A DNA stretch of 47,986 nt from a virus. Under the pieces are notes generated by a model. The model did no database searches, was not told the DNA's origin, and was given only the letters and a program-made list of their open reading frames with translations. Positions 1 through 8,039 of the stretch are shown here, piece by piece; within the stretch, counting starts at the first letter, position 1; every line of letters begins with the position of its first letter. The position numbers and the translations under genes are program-made. The stretch is taken from IMG/VR virus record IMGVR_UViG_3300048856_000013, positions 1 to 47,986 of that record, one strand, 5' to 3'.

Positions 1-38
1 TCTCGAGGCGCTACCATAATGGGATGAGCACTGAGACC
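1..38. repeat. Terminal overlap copy 1 (identical to 47949-47986)
   Basis: tctcgaggcgctaccataatgggatgagcactgagacc occurs at both window ends. Confidence 0.95.
12..24. promoter_or_regulatory. Operator-like dyad O3, TACCA-TAA-TGGGA (same site as 47960-47972)
   Basis: Matches the T(G/A)CCA-N3-TGG(C/T/G)A motif seen five more times. Its last base is the A of the ATG at 24. Confidence 0.5.
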
Positions 39-575
39 GCGGCGAACCGGATCAAGGAGTTGAGAGAGGCTAGGGGCTTGTCGGCCGCCGAGCTGGGCAA
101 GCGCGCCGGCATGTCACAGCCTCAGGTCTCGCGCCTGGAGAACAGCAACCGGCGCCTGAAGGTCGAGCAGGTGGTCGCGCTCGCCAAGGCTCTGGGCGTC
201 AGTACCCAGGAGATCATCTCCGGCGATCCGGACATTGCCGGGGATGGGGATGCTCACCTCATGCGGGAGATGGGCGACCGCTTGGTTCAGGCCCGTGAGG
301 CGCTAGGCCTTTCCCAGGAAGAGTTCGCCTCCATGCACGGCGTCCCTATCGCCGACCTAGATAACTGGGAGCAGGGCCGTCGTTACCCTGACCCCCAGTT
401 CATCGTGGCGATCTGGAAGCGGCACCGCGTCAACTCGGACTGGATCTATCTGGGCGAGATAGCTGGTCTTCCTCATAGCCTGGGGGAGAGTTTGCGGGCG
501 GTCGCACAGGCGGGCGGGGCGGCTCACCCGGCGGCGGGGAACAACCGGCCGGCAAAAATCTACGAGAGCAATTAA
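24..575 (+). CDS. XRE-family regulator with two tandem HTH units (CI-like repressor candidate)
   Basis: Two XRE-type HTH signatures in one ORF (GLSAAELGKRAGMSQPQVSRLEN and GLSQEEFASMHGVPIADLDNWEQG). Divergent from the cro-like gene across the junction. Confidence 0.85.
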   Translation: MSTETAANRIKELREARGLSAAELGKRAGMSQPQVSRLENSNRRLKVEQVVALAKALGVSTQEIISGDPDIAGDGDAHLMREMGDRLVQAREALGLSQEEFASMHGVPIADLDNWEQGRRYPDPQFIVAIWKRHRVNSDWIYLGEIAGLPHSLGESLRAVAQAGGAAHPAAGNNRPAKIYESN

Positions 576-682
576 AGCGCGGCAGGGGCATCTTCGACCT
601 CGACGTGTAGCAGCATGAGAACAAAGCTAGTACGAAGCTGCAAGGGGAAAGTTACGTTCCTTACATCCATAGGTAGATGGCC

Positions 683-698
683 TCAGATAAGTATCTGA
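683..698. promoter_or_regulatory. 16-bp palindrome TCAGATAAGTATCTGA in an AT-richer intergenic region
   Basis: Inverted repeat TCAGATA/TATCTGA with a 2-nt centre. Lies in the 231-nt gap between the two HTH genes. Confidence 0.35.
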
Positions 699-806
699 AA
701 TCAAATGCCCTTATGCGGGCACGTTTTCGCTGGCGGTAAATCTTACACCGCTTTAGGTCGTGTTTACCACCTTAGCCACAACTCTAAGGTGCGGTCATGT
801 GCCGGG

Positions 807-1244
807 ATGGATCAGACCCACCTAATTCGCATCCTGCGTGTGGAAATGAAGCAGCGCGGCATCGGCCAGAAGCGGCTTGCGCTTTCCGCCGGCCTGCATG
901 CGGATGCCGTCCGAAACATCTTCCGTGGGATCAGCCGCGCGCCTCGAATGGAGACGATCCGGGCGCTCGCGGATTACCTTGGTGTCAGCGTTGACTACCT
1001 GTTCGGGCGGGAGGCGGAAGAAGTCGCCGAGAGCCCCGATGAAGGGGGGTCTGCCGTGCCGAAAATCCCGGTGCGTAAGCCTGGCTCCGAGGAGTGGGAG
1101 GAGGTTCGCCAGTTCTGGGCGGCGGCCAGCCCAGACGCCCGACGCGCCCTCGTCTACCTCGCCCGCACCATGGCCAGAGCGGAGGGAATAGAACCCCTCC
1201 CCAAGCGTGCGCCAAGCCAGGATCAGGACACCAGCCAGAGCTAA
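807..1244 (+). CDS. XRE-family HTH regulator (second immunity-region regulator)
   Basis: Start refined to ATG 807 (MDQTHLIRILRVEMKQRGIGQKRLALSAGLHADAVRNIFRG...). HTH at the N-terminus, C-terminal half unassigned. The residues upstream in the 705 ORF look non-coding. Confidence 0.8.
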   Translation: MDQTHLIRILRVEMKQRGIGQKRLALSAGLHADAVRNIFRGISRAPRMETIRALADYLGVSVDYLFGREAEEVAESPDEGGSAVPKIPVRKPGSEEWEEVRQFWAAASPDARRALVYLARTMARAEGIEPLPKRAPSQDQDTSQS

Positions 1245-1301
1245 TCCGGCTGGCCAAACCGGCATAAGGGTTCGGGCCTCGGCAGCTTTTATGCGCGTCT
1301 A

Positions 1302-1346
1302 TGCCAAAATGGTATTGACGCAGAATATGCCAGTTCGGCATAATCC
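1302..1346 (+). promoter_or_regulatory. Promoter-operator cassette A: two dyads (1302-1314, 1328-1340) around TTGACG(1315-1320)-N18-CATAAT(1339-1344)
   Basis: Sigma70-like hexamers directly upstream of the early-right operon (GGAGG 1370-1374, GTG 1383). 34/45 nt identical to the reverse complement of 47890-47934. Confidence 0.6.
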
Positions 1347-1382
1347 CTCCAGCAGCATCCCGCTGCCCCGGAGGTACACCGA

Positions 1383-1712
1383 GTGACCACCACCGAGATT
1401 TCCGCGGTTGAGCGTGCTCCCGCAGGCAAGACGCCCAAGGTGGCGTATTACACCGTCGTCTATCAGGTCCGCGATGAGGCAGCCTTCAAGGCTGAGTGGA
1501 ACCGTATCCACGACCTGATGCGGCTCGAAGGCGAGCATCCCTTCCAGATCACCGCGATCTCGAACGATCACGAGATGCAGCGCGTCGCGCTGATTGAGGA
1601 CGCCCTTTCCGAAGATCCTGATGCCTACGATTTCGTCGAGGAAGTCGAGGAGATCCTGGGAACCGTCGACGTGATGGAGTTCTCGGCTTCGAAGAAGGGC
1701 GCCCGCTCGTGA
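1383..1712 (+). CDS. Hypothetical early protein, strongly acidic C-terminus
   Basis: GTG start 8 nt after GGAGG. First gene after cassette A. About 22 D/E versus 11 K/R by eye. Confidence 0.75.
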   Translation: MTTTEISAVERAPAGKTPKVAYYTVVYQVRDEAAFKAEWNRIHDLMRLEGEHPFQITAISNDHEMQRVALIEDALSEDPDAYDFVEEVEEILGTVDVMEFSASKKGARS

Positions 1713-2152
1713 ACGCCCTCACCTACATCCCGGTCGAGCGCCCACCCGCTCCCGTGGCGATGCGCTTCCCCGCTCCTCGCACTCCGCTGGACGCCAAGCT
1801 GCGCAAGACGGCGCTGCGGGTGTTCTACCGGATGTGGTTCGCCGAGATCGCGGCGTTCGATGAGGAAGCCCGCTTCTCTGACCACACGGCGCAGTTGGCG
1901 CTGAAGATGGAAGTGAAGCGCTGCTTGAGGCGCGCTGAACACGAGCGTCTTGAAGCGCAGAAGTTCGAGAACCGCCGTCTCCAGCGCTGGCACTTCCTCG
2001 GGCACGAGGAGCAGACCCTAAAGGCCAAGGCTTGGACAAGCCTGCTGGACAGCAACCGCGAGATGTTCCGGGTCTGGCTGCTCGAAATCCGCCGGGTGCG
2101 TGAAGACATCGCCGCCGAGCAGGCGCGCGTGTTCCCGGAGATGGTGTCTTGA
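1709..2152 (+). CDS. Hypothetical early protein
   Basis: GTGA stop-start overlap with the upstream gene; long ORF in the operon frame chain. Confidence 0.75.
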   Translation: MNALTYIPVERPPAPVAMRFPAPRTPLDAKLRKTALRVFYRMWFAEIAAFDEEARFSDHTAQLALKMEVKRCLRRAEHERLEAQKFENRRLQRWHFLGHEEQTLKAKAWTSLLDSNREMFRVWLLEIRRVREDIAAEQARVFPEMVS

Positions 2153-2337
2153 ACATGCGCGATGTCGGCATCGCTGAGCAGGAGGCGAAGCGCTTCCTGG
2201 CTCGCGTGAAGGAACTGAAGGCGGCCGTCTCAGATGCTGATGGCTCGCTGTGGAGCAACCCCAAGGAAACCGGCGCCGTCCGTCGCGCCAGCATGGATCT
2301 GACCCGCGCTCTGTCCGCGATGAGGAAGCCGTCATGA
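2149..2337 (+). CDS. Hypothetical early protein
   Basis: 4-nt overlap with the upstream gene; 62 aa. Confidence 0.65.
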   Translation: MNMRDVGIAEQEAKRFLARVKELKAAVSDADGSLWSNPKETGAVRRASMDLTRALSAMRKPS

Positions 2338-2540
2338 ACAACGTGATCCGCATTTCCGACCACGAAGCCCGTCGCGCCTACAGCCAGATTGGCGAGCGCA
2401 TCCCGGCGAACCTGCGCGAGCCGATCCTGCCGCAGATGCCGAACCCTGTGGCGTTCGCAGTGATCCTACTGGCGTCCTTCATCGGCTGGACCTTGATGTT
2501 CATCACGGCGGTGGCCGTCGCTCGGGTGATGGAACTGTGA
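2334..2540 (+). CDS. Small membrane-anchored early protein
   Basis: Start refined to ATG 2334 (ATGA overlap with stop 2337). C-terminal hydrophobic segment VAFAVILLASFIGWTLMFITAVAVA. Confidence 0.65.
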   Translation: MNNVIRISDHEARRAYSQIGERIPANLREPILPQMPNPVAFAVILLASFIGWTLMFITAVAVARVMEL

Positions 2541-2773
2541 GCGCGATCTCCCGCAAGCGCATCGAGGCGCAGCGCGCACTGGTGAAGGACATGGAGCGGT
2601 CTGCCCATGTCGAGACGCACCCCGGCCTGAAGGCATACTACCAGCGCTGCGCCAGCAATGACCGGCACTGCCTCATGGAAATGGAAGCGCGGCTCGAAGC
2701 GCAGGAAAGCCTCCGCGCCAAGCCGCGCCCGACGAACAGGGTGTTTCCGCTGCCGATTAGGGGGATGGCATGA
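2537..2773 (+). CDS. Hypothetical early protein
   Basis: GTGA overlap with the upstream gene; 78 aa. Confidence 0.65.
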   Translation: MSAISRKRIEAQRALVKDMERSAHVETHPGLKAYYQRCASNDRHCLMEMEARLEAQESLRAKPRPTNRVFPLPIRGMA

Positions 2774-3069
2774 TGGCCCGCAGAAAGTATCTCGGCACCT
2801 ACTCCGTTGATGTCGAAATCCGCGACATCCTGGATGACCTGAGCGACGAAGACCTGATCGCCTATGCCCGTGAGCGTCAGGTGTCCATTGAGGTCACCAC
2901 GCCCGAGATGGCGGAGGACATGCTGCATGATCTGCGCGAGACGTTCGCCGCTCAGGATCGGCAGCACTTCTCGATCCTCATGATGCGCCTTGAAGACGCA
3001 CTGGGGGTCTCGCCTGTGAACAAGGCCATTCCGTCTCGACCGGTCGGCTTCGGCAAGGGGGCTCACTGA
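2770..3069 (+). CDS. Hypothetical early protein
   Basis: ATGA overlap with the upstream gene; 99 aa, acidic. Confidence 0.7.
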   Translation: MMARRKYLGTYSVDVEIRDILDDLSDEDLIAYARERQVSIEVTTPEMAEDMLHDLRETFAAQDRQHFSILMMRLEDALGVSPVNKAIPSRPVGFGKGAH

Positions 3070-3209
3070 TGACCCCCCTCCTCCGCGCCTGGCAGCTAAC
3101 CCGCCGCGCCTTCGCGCTGTCCGACCAACCCGCCGTGTCCGACCTCTGCCACGAAGCCATGCAGCAAATCTGGGTTGCAATCATGGAGCAGAACCATGGC
3201 CGTCCATAA
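3069..3209 (+). CDS. Possible 46-aa ORF not in the supplied track
   Basis: ATG 3069 shares its A with stop TGA 3067-3069. Reads MTPLLRAWQLTRRAFALSDQPAVSDLCHEAMQQIWVAIMEQNHGRP and fills an otherwise unassigned gap. Confidence 0.35.
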   Translation: MTPLLRAWQLTRRAFALSDQPAVSDLCHEAMQQIWVAIMEQNHGRP

Positions 3210-3912
3210 GCAAGACTGGACCGAAGCGCAGGACGCCATCATGCGTGAGGGCTATGGCACCTGGGAACGGCGGCGCTTGCAGTCCGCGGTTGGGTCCATC
3301 TCTCCCGATGGACGCTCCTATAGCTGGTCTGCTGTCGTTGGTCGTGCCAACCGCCTCGGCCTGAGCCGGGAGCGCGCGCCGGCCTGGACCGATGCGCAGG
3401 TGCAGTTCCTGGCTGCGAACTACGCCAACCTCACCATGGGCGCGCTGGTTGACGGTGTGGCCAAGCTGGGTGCCGCCAAGACCATTGCAGCCATCCACAC
3501 CTTCGCGTTCCGGCGCGGCTTCTCCCGGCCGCTGTCACCGCCGCCCGTGCACACGAAAGGGAGCCGCAAGCCCGCAGTCCGCACGGCGCGGCCAGCTCCA
3601 CAGAAGGCGGTGCGGAAGCCAGCGCAGCCCCAGCGTCAGGAAGCCGCGCCGCAGCAGCACGTCCAATCGCATCGCAATGCGCTGCGGCTGTTCGCCTCCG
3701 GTGTAATCGTCCCCGAACTCCGCACCATCGCTGCCGGCGAGCCCGACACCGCGCACGAGAAGGTGGTGTCGAAGCAGGAGAAGGCGTGGAACCTGCTGTG
3801 GAAGGGCCGCGATGCCTCGGACGTGGCCCGCGACACCGGCCTGATGCTGCGGGAAGTGCTGCGGATCAACATGGACGTGCGGGAAGCGCGGCGCGCGCAG
3901 AGGGCTGCGTGA
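3196..3912 (+). CDS. GcrA-like DNA-binding protein with two tandem N-terminal GcrA-type units
   Basis: Start refined to ATG 3196. WTEAQDAIM...SAVVGRANRLGLSRER and WTDAQVQFL...IAAIHTFAFRRGFSR resemble the GcrA N-terminus (WTDE...NAVIGKVHRLGLSGR), followed by a Pro/Lys/Ala-rich linker. Confidence 0.6.
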   Translation: MAVHKQDWTEAQDAIMREGYGTWERRRLQSAVGSISPDGRSYSWSAVVGRANRLGLSRERAPAWTDAQVQFLAANYANLTMGALVDGVAKLGAAKTIAAIHTFAFRRGFSRPLSPPPVHTKGSRKPAVRTARPAPQKAVRKPAQPQRQEAAPQQHVQSHRNALRLFASGVIVPELRTIAAGEPDTAHEKVVSKQEKAWNLLWKGRDASDVARDTGLMLREVLRINMDVREARRAQRAA

Positions 3913-4721
3913 TGGCCGAGAGCCGCCCTGGCCTGTCCTTCGAAGAGTACGCCGCCGCCCCTGGCCTCTCCACGTCGATGCTGAAGCTGTTCGCGGAGGC
4001 CCCGGCCAAGGCGCGGTTCGCTGCGGAGCGGGAAGAGACGCCCGCCATGCTGGCTGGCACGCTGCTGCATACCGCGCTGCTGGAGCCGGCGGCCCTGGAA
4101 GACCGCTTCGACGCCACGGACCTGGATCGCCGCGGCACCAAGGCCTGGGCCGAAGCCGAGGAGAAGGCCGGCAACCGCCGGCTGGTGAAGCGAGCCGAGT
4201 TCGAGAAAGCGCTGCGTATGCGGGATGCGATCTTGCGCCATCCGGTGGCGGCGGAACTGCTGACTGGCCCGCTTGTGGTGGAGCAATCGCTGTGGTGGCA
4301 CGACGAAGCCACCGGCCTTCTGTGCAAGGGCCGCCCGGACGGCATGCGCCGCGATATGCGGGTTCTGGTGGACGTGAAGACCACGCAGAGCGCCGCGCCG
4401 CACGAGTTCAGCCGGTCCTGCCTGAAGTATCGCTACCACTGGCAGGAGAGCCGGTACCGCGCCGGCACCAAGGCGGCTGAGGGCTGGGAGCCCGACGCCT
4501 TCGTGTTCTTGGCTGTGGAGAGTGAGGGGCCGCACCTCGCGGCAGCCTACGAACTGAGCCCGCGCGACTTGGCGCTGGCCGATGAGCAAGTGGCCGACAT
4601 GCACCGGAAGTGGGCGGCTTGCGAGGCGGCTGAAGCCGCTGGCGCCGACCCCGTGGATGCATGGCCTGGCTATCCCAACAACCTCGCGACCCTGGACCTG
4701 CCGTCCTGGGCGCATGCCTGA
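3912..4721 (+). CDS. RecE-like PD-(D/E)XK exonuclease (DUF3799-type)
   Basis: Start refined to ATG 3912 (TGATG overlap). Motif GRPDG...VLVDVKT. Immediately upstream of recT. Confidence 0.85.
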   Translation: MAESRPGLSFEEYAAAPGLSTSMLKLFAEAPAKARFAAEREETPAMLAGTLLHTALLEPAALEDRFDATDLDRRGTKAWAEAEEKAGNRRLVKRAEFEKALRMRDAILRHPVAAELLTGPLVVEQSLWWHDEATGLLCKGRPDGMRRDMRVLVDVKTTQSAAPHEFSRSCLKYRYHWQESRYRAGTKAAEGWEPDAFVFLAVESEGPHLAAAYELSPRDLALADEQVADMHRKWAACEAAEAAGADPVDAWPGYPNNLATLDLPSWAHA

Positions 4722-4734
4722 AGGATCACCCCAG

Positions 4735-5820
4735 ATGGGCGTGACAACGACCAAGCCCGTGATGTCCCTGGCCGAGATGCGCACGGCCGGCAAGCAGATT
4801 GCCCGCCAGGCCGGCGGTAGCACTGTGCAGGCCTTCTTCGAGGCCAAGAAGGACACCCTGGCGGCAGTGCTGCCGAAGCACATGACGCCGGACCGCATGT
4901 TGCGGATCGCCATGGGCGCGCTGCGGACGACACCGAAGCTCATGGACTGCACCACCGAGAGCCTGTTCGGCGCCGTGGTGGCGGTGTCTCAGCTCGGCCT
5001 TGAGCCGAACACCCCGCAGGGCCATGCCTACCTGCTGCCGTTCGAGAAGCGGGCTAAGGGGCAGGACGGCCAGTGGTACACCGAGCGCACCGACGTGCAG
5101 GTCATCATCGGCTACAAGGGCCTTATCGACCTCGCACGGCGCTCCGGCCAGATTGTCAGCATCTCGGCCCGCACCCGCTGCCGCAACGACGAATGGCGGA
5201 TGGTGCTCGGCACCGCCGACGAGATCCACCACATCCCGGCGGAGGGTGATCGCGGCGATATCGTGGGCTTCTATGCCGTCGCCAAGCTGAAGGACGGTGG
5301 CGTTCAGTTCGAGTACATGTCGGAAGCCGACGTGAACAAGGTGAAGGCGCAGAGCAAGGCGGCCAAGAGCGGCCCGTGGGTTAGCCACTTCGAGGAGATG
5401 GCGAAGAAGACCGTCGTCCGCCGGCTCTGCAAGATGCTTCCCATGAGCATCGAGCTGGCGCGCGCCACGGCCATGGACGAGATGGCTGAGGGCGGACGGG
5501 ACCAGCAGTTCAACACTGTCCTGGATGCTGAGTGGAGCCCTGTCGATGACATGACGGCTGACGACGACGCGGCCGGAAGCGATCAGCAGAAAGCCGCCAC
5601 CTTCGCCATCAAGGGCGACAAGGGCCATATCGAGTACCCCAGCATCGAAGCCTGGGAAGCCGAGTGGACCAAGATCGCCGGCAGCCTGAACCCCGCGCAG
5701 TTGCAGCGCGCCCGCGAGATGAATGGCGCCCTGATGGCGGAATACGCCGCCGACCACCGCGAGGCCGTGATGCGCGTGCAGGCCGCGCTGGACGCCAAGA
5801 CGAAGGGAGACGCCGCATGA
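4735..5820 (+). CDS. recT: RecT-family single-strand annealing recombinase
   Basis: Start refined to ATG 4735 (AAGGA 9 nt upstream). RecT signatures QLGLEPN, AYLLPF, GYKGLIDLARRSGQI. Confidence 0.9.
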   Translation: MGVTTTKPVMSLAEMRTAGKQIARQAGGSTVQAFFEAKKDTLAAVLPKHMTPDRMLRIAMGALRTTPKLMDCTTESLFGAVVAVSQLGLEPNTPQGHAYLLPFEKRAKGQDGQWYTERTDVQVIIGYKGLIDLARRSGQIVSISARTRCRNDEWRMVLGTADEIHHIPAEGDRGDIVGFYAVAKLKDGGVQFEYMSEADVNKVKAQSKAAKSGPWVSHFEEMAKKTVVRRLCKMLPMSIELARATAMDEMAEGGRDQQFNTVLDAEWSPVDDMTADDDAAGSDQQKAATFAIKGDKGHIEYPSIEAWEAEWTKIAGSLNPAQLQRAREMNGALMAEYAADHREAVMRVQAALDAKTKGDAA

Positions 5821-6278
5821 TCCACCTCCCCCTCTTCCGCCTCATCTGCCGCCCTCGCCGGGTGGCGCATGTGGTGCCTCGCCCGCGTCGGATCTTCCGG
5901 CGTGGTGGTGTCGCTGCGGTGACGAAGAAAGCAATCATGGGCGGGCTGGTGTGCACGGCGGTCCCGCTGGCCGCCTTTATCGCCCCCGATGCCCTCGGCC
6001 TGCCGTGGCGCCAAGAGCAGGCAGCCCTTCATCTGGTGGAGGCGCACACCTCCCCTTTGGACGCGCTGCGGGCGGATATCCTGCGCAACCCGCCGTCAGT
6101 ATTCGGGACGGAGGCGTCAAGCAGCCCGCACGGTTCCGGCGCACTCCTTTTCGCGCCCCTTCCTACCCTCTCATCGCCCGCTGGACGTGAGCCGGTGGAC
6201 GTGCCGGAGCCGGGGAGCGTGGCGGTGTTCGTGGCCGGGCTGGCTGCGTTGGTTCTGGCTCGGAGGATCGCCGCATGA
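5817..6278 (+). CDS. PEP-CTERM-type sorting-signal protein (early-operon copy)
   Basis: C-terminus VDVPEPGSVAVFVAGLAALVLARRIAA = PEP motif + TM helix + basic tail. ATGA overlap with the recT stop. Alternative start ATG 5937 gives signal-like MGGLVCTAVPLAAFIAPDALG. Confidence 0.65.
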   Translation: MIHLPLFRLICRPRRVAHVVPRPRRIFRRGGVAAVTKKAIMGGLVCTAVPLAAFIAPDALGLPWRQEQAALHLVEAHTSPLDALRADILRNPPSVFGTEASSSPHGSGALLFAPLPTLSSPAGREPVDVPEPGSVAVFVAGLAALVLARRIAA

Positions 6279-6667
6279 CCCGCCTGCAGCCCGTGACGGA
6301 TGGAGGCTGGCCTGATGCTGAAGCCACTGCGGAGCGCATCTACCGCGCTTATCGGTCTGAGGTGGCGGTTGCGATCTCACCTGCTGCGTGGGCTAACTTG
6401 CAAGACGCAGACCGAAAGTTTTACCGCATGGTGGCTCGCATTGCCCTTGCGGATGTGAGCGCCGCCCACGCCCAAGCGGTCGCGCAGGCTCGGGAGGAGG
6501 GTGCGAGGCAGATGCAGGATCAGTGTGCCTTTGTCTGCGATCTGCGAGGGGTTGAATTCGCAACCGGCGAGGGTCGGAACATTGCCGCAAGCGTCGAGGC
6601 TTACCGCTGCCGTGACGCCATCCTCTCCCTGATCATCCCCACGCCCAGCCAGGAGGACCGGACATGA
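6275..6667 (+). CDS. Hypothetical early protein
   Basis: ATGA overlap with the upstream gene; 130 aa. Confidence 0.7.
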   Translation: MTRLQPVTDGGWPDAEATAERIYRAYRSEVAVAISPAAWANLQDADRKFYRMVARIALADVSAAHAQAVAQAREEGARQMQDQCAFVCDLRGVEFATGEGRNIAASVEAYRCRDAILSLIIPTPSQEDRT

Positions 6668-7242
6668 GCGGCGCCATGACGCTGACGGTGGAGCAGGTTC
6701 GTAGCGTGTTCGATGCTGGCTACGAGCATGGGTATTCCAGGTCGTGCGCCGACGAGCGCGGCTATCGGCTCGCAAAAAACTACGACGAAGCGTTTGAGAG
6801 CGCGGTGGCCGATCTAGAACCCCTCGCCCGCGCGTCGTTGAGCCGCACGGAGGTGCAGGGGGTGGCGGAAGGCGTGGATGAAATCGTTACCCGCCTCTAC
6901 CGCCGCTTTAAGGACTGGTCCAAGCGTGGGTTCGGCCCCGACGATGTGACGTGGTGCGAGGTCAAGGCCGATGTCGTGGCCATGCTCGCCGCAGCCCCGC
7001 CCCCACCCGCCCCCAGCACGGACGCGAGGGAGGGGGAGGTTGAGCAGTTGAGGGCTTGCCTCCGCCATCTGGCGAGCCTTGCCAGCATGTGCCGCCACGA
7101 CATGCAGGGACGGCTGATGGACAAGGTGCATCACCGCGCATTCGATGTATTAGGCGCGATTGAGCAGGTGGCACTCTCCAATATCGGCGACACCGACGCA
7201 TACCAAGCCGCCCTCGCCAGCGGAGGGCGCGGGGATGAGTGA
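6664..7242 (+). CDS. Hypothetical early protein
   Basis: ATGA overlap with the upstream gene; 192 aa. Confidence 0.7.
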   Translation: MSGAMTLTVEQVRSVFDAGYEHGYSRSCADERGYRLAKNYDEAFESAVADLEPLARASLSRTEVQGVAEGVDEIVTRLYRRFKDWSKRGFGPDDVTWCEVKADVVAMLAAAPPPPAPSTDAREGEVEQLRACLRHLASLASMCRHDMQGRLMDKVHHRAFDVLGAIEQVALSNIGDTDAYQAALASGGRGDE

Positions 7243-7480
7243 GCCTATCCACGCCAGCGAGTGCTACTCCGAGCCCTACAACGGGCAGGAGTGCTGGGAG
7301 AGCCGCCCGCGCGAGCCTGTGGGGTCGGAAAAGCCGCCCGGTGTGTTCCGCGCCATCGAGGTGCCGTGCCGGAAGCAGAAAGCCTGGCTCGTCGGGTTCC
7401 GTGCCCAGCAGGACATCGCGCGAGCCGTCATCGCGGAGAGGCTGAGGCAGTTGGCGGAGAAGGAGGGGGAGCATGGCTGA
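7235..7480 (+). CDS. Hypothetical early protein
   Basis: Start refined to ATG 7235 (8-nt overlap with the upstream stop); 81 aa. Confidence 0.6.
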   Translation: MSEPIHASECYSEPYNGQECWESRPREPVGSEKPPGVFRAIEVPCRKQKAWLVGFRAQQDIARAVIAERLRQLAEKEGEHG

Positions 7481-7661
7481 CCCTCAACCGGCCCGGCCGT
7501 ACACGCTGGAGGATCTGGCCGCCTCTCCCAAGTTCCTGGCGGCATGCGCCGGGCTGGCGATCGTGGCCGACCAGTTCGGCAAGGCCTTGGCCGAGGCTGC
7601 TGAGCGTGCCGGCCGCCAGTTCAACGAGAGCATGGAGCGATACAATGGCAGCCGACGCTGA
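7473..7661 (+). CDS. Hypothetical early protein
   Basis: 8-nt overlap with the upstream gene; 62 aa. Confidence 0.55.
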   Translation: MADPQPARPYTLEDLAASPKFLAACAGLAIVADQFGKALAEAAERAGRQFNESMERYNGSRR

Positions 7662-7905
7662 AACGGCCGCTGCCCAGCGCTCCGCCCACGTAGAGCGCCC
7701 CGGCAACGCCCAGGCCCGCTACGACTACGTGTGGCCGGTGCGCACGGTGGATGACCACCTGGAGCGCGTCCTCGCCTCCCGCGCCATCCGCGAGAAGGTC
7801 TATGCACGCCGCGGCGAACCCATGCTCGACCTGACCGAAGAGGTGCTGGCGATGGATGTGGTGAGGCTACGGAAAGAGATCAAAGATCTGGGGAGTTTCT
7901 GGTGA
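7645..7905 (+). CDS. Hypothetical early protein
   Basis: Start refined to ATG 7645 within ORF 7261-7905; last gene of the rightward early operon. Confidence 0.6.
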   Translation: MAADAETAAAQRSAHVERPGNAQARYDYVWPVRTVDDHLERVLASRAIREKVYARRGEPMLDLTEEVLAMDVVRLRKEIKDLGSFW

Positions 7906-8036
7906 CAACGTTTGAACCATGGTTACAACCATTCAACCGCGCAACCATGTAACCATGTAACCAAGCAGTGCCTGCAGATAGATTGCGCGAACCATGGAAC
8001 AATGGTTACAACGAATGCACCATGTAACCAAACGGA
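7906..8036. repeat. Centromere-like repeat array, left (parS-L candidate; probably also the par promoter/operator)
   Basis: 9 copies of the AACCA/TGGTT core by eye (AACCATGGTT, GGTTACAACC, tandem AACCATGT AACCATGT AACCA) in 131 nt directly upstream of parA. Confidence 0.75.
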
Positions 8037-8039
8037 GCT

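Noticed and set aside
576-806. AT-richer intergenic region considered as an attP site
   Set aside because: No integrase or excisionase gene is present anywhere in the replicon, and a par locus is present. An attP core cannot be defined without a host attB.
3636-4955. 439-aa minus-strand ORF antisense to the exonuclease and recT genes
   Set aside because: Same shadow-ORF composition. The plus-strand frames carry clear RecE-like and RecT motifs.
5664-5816. Upstream extension of the PEP-CTERM ORF (MDQDRRQPEP...RRR)
   Set aside because: It overlaps the recT C-terminus out of frame and is Arg/Pro-rich. ATG 5817, coupled to the recT stop, or ATG 5937 are more plausible starts.
7983-8013. TTGCGC-N17-TTACAA as the par promoter
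   Set aside because: The -10 match is too poor to support a call. The promoter is probably inside the repeat array but cannot be placed from sequence alone.
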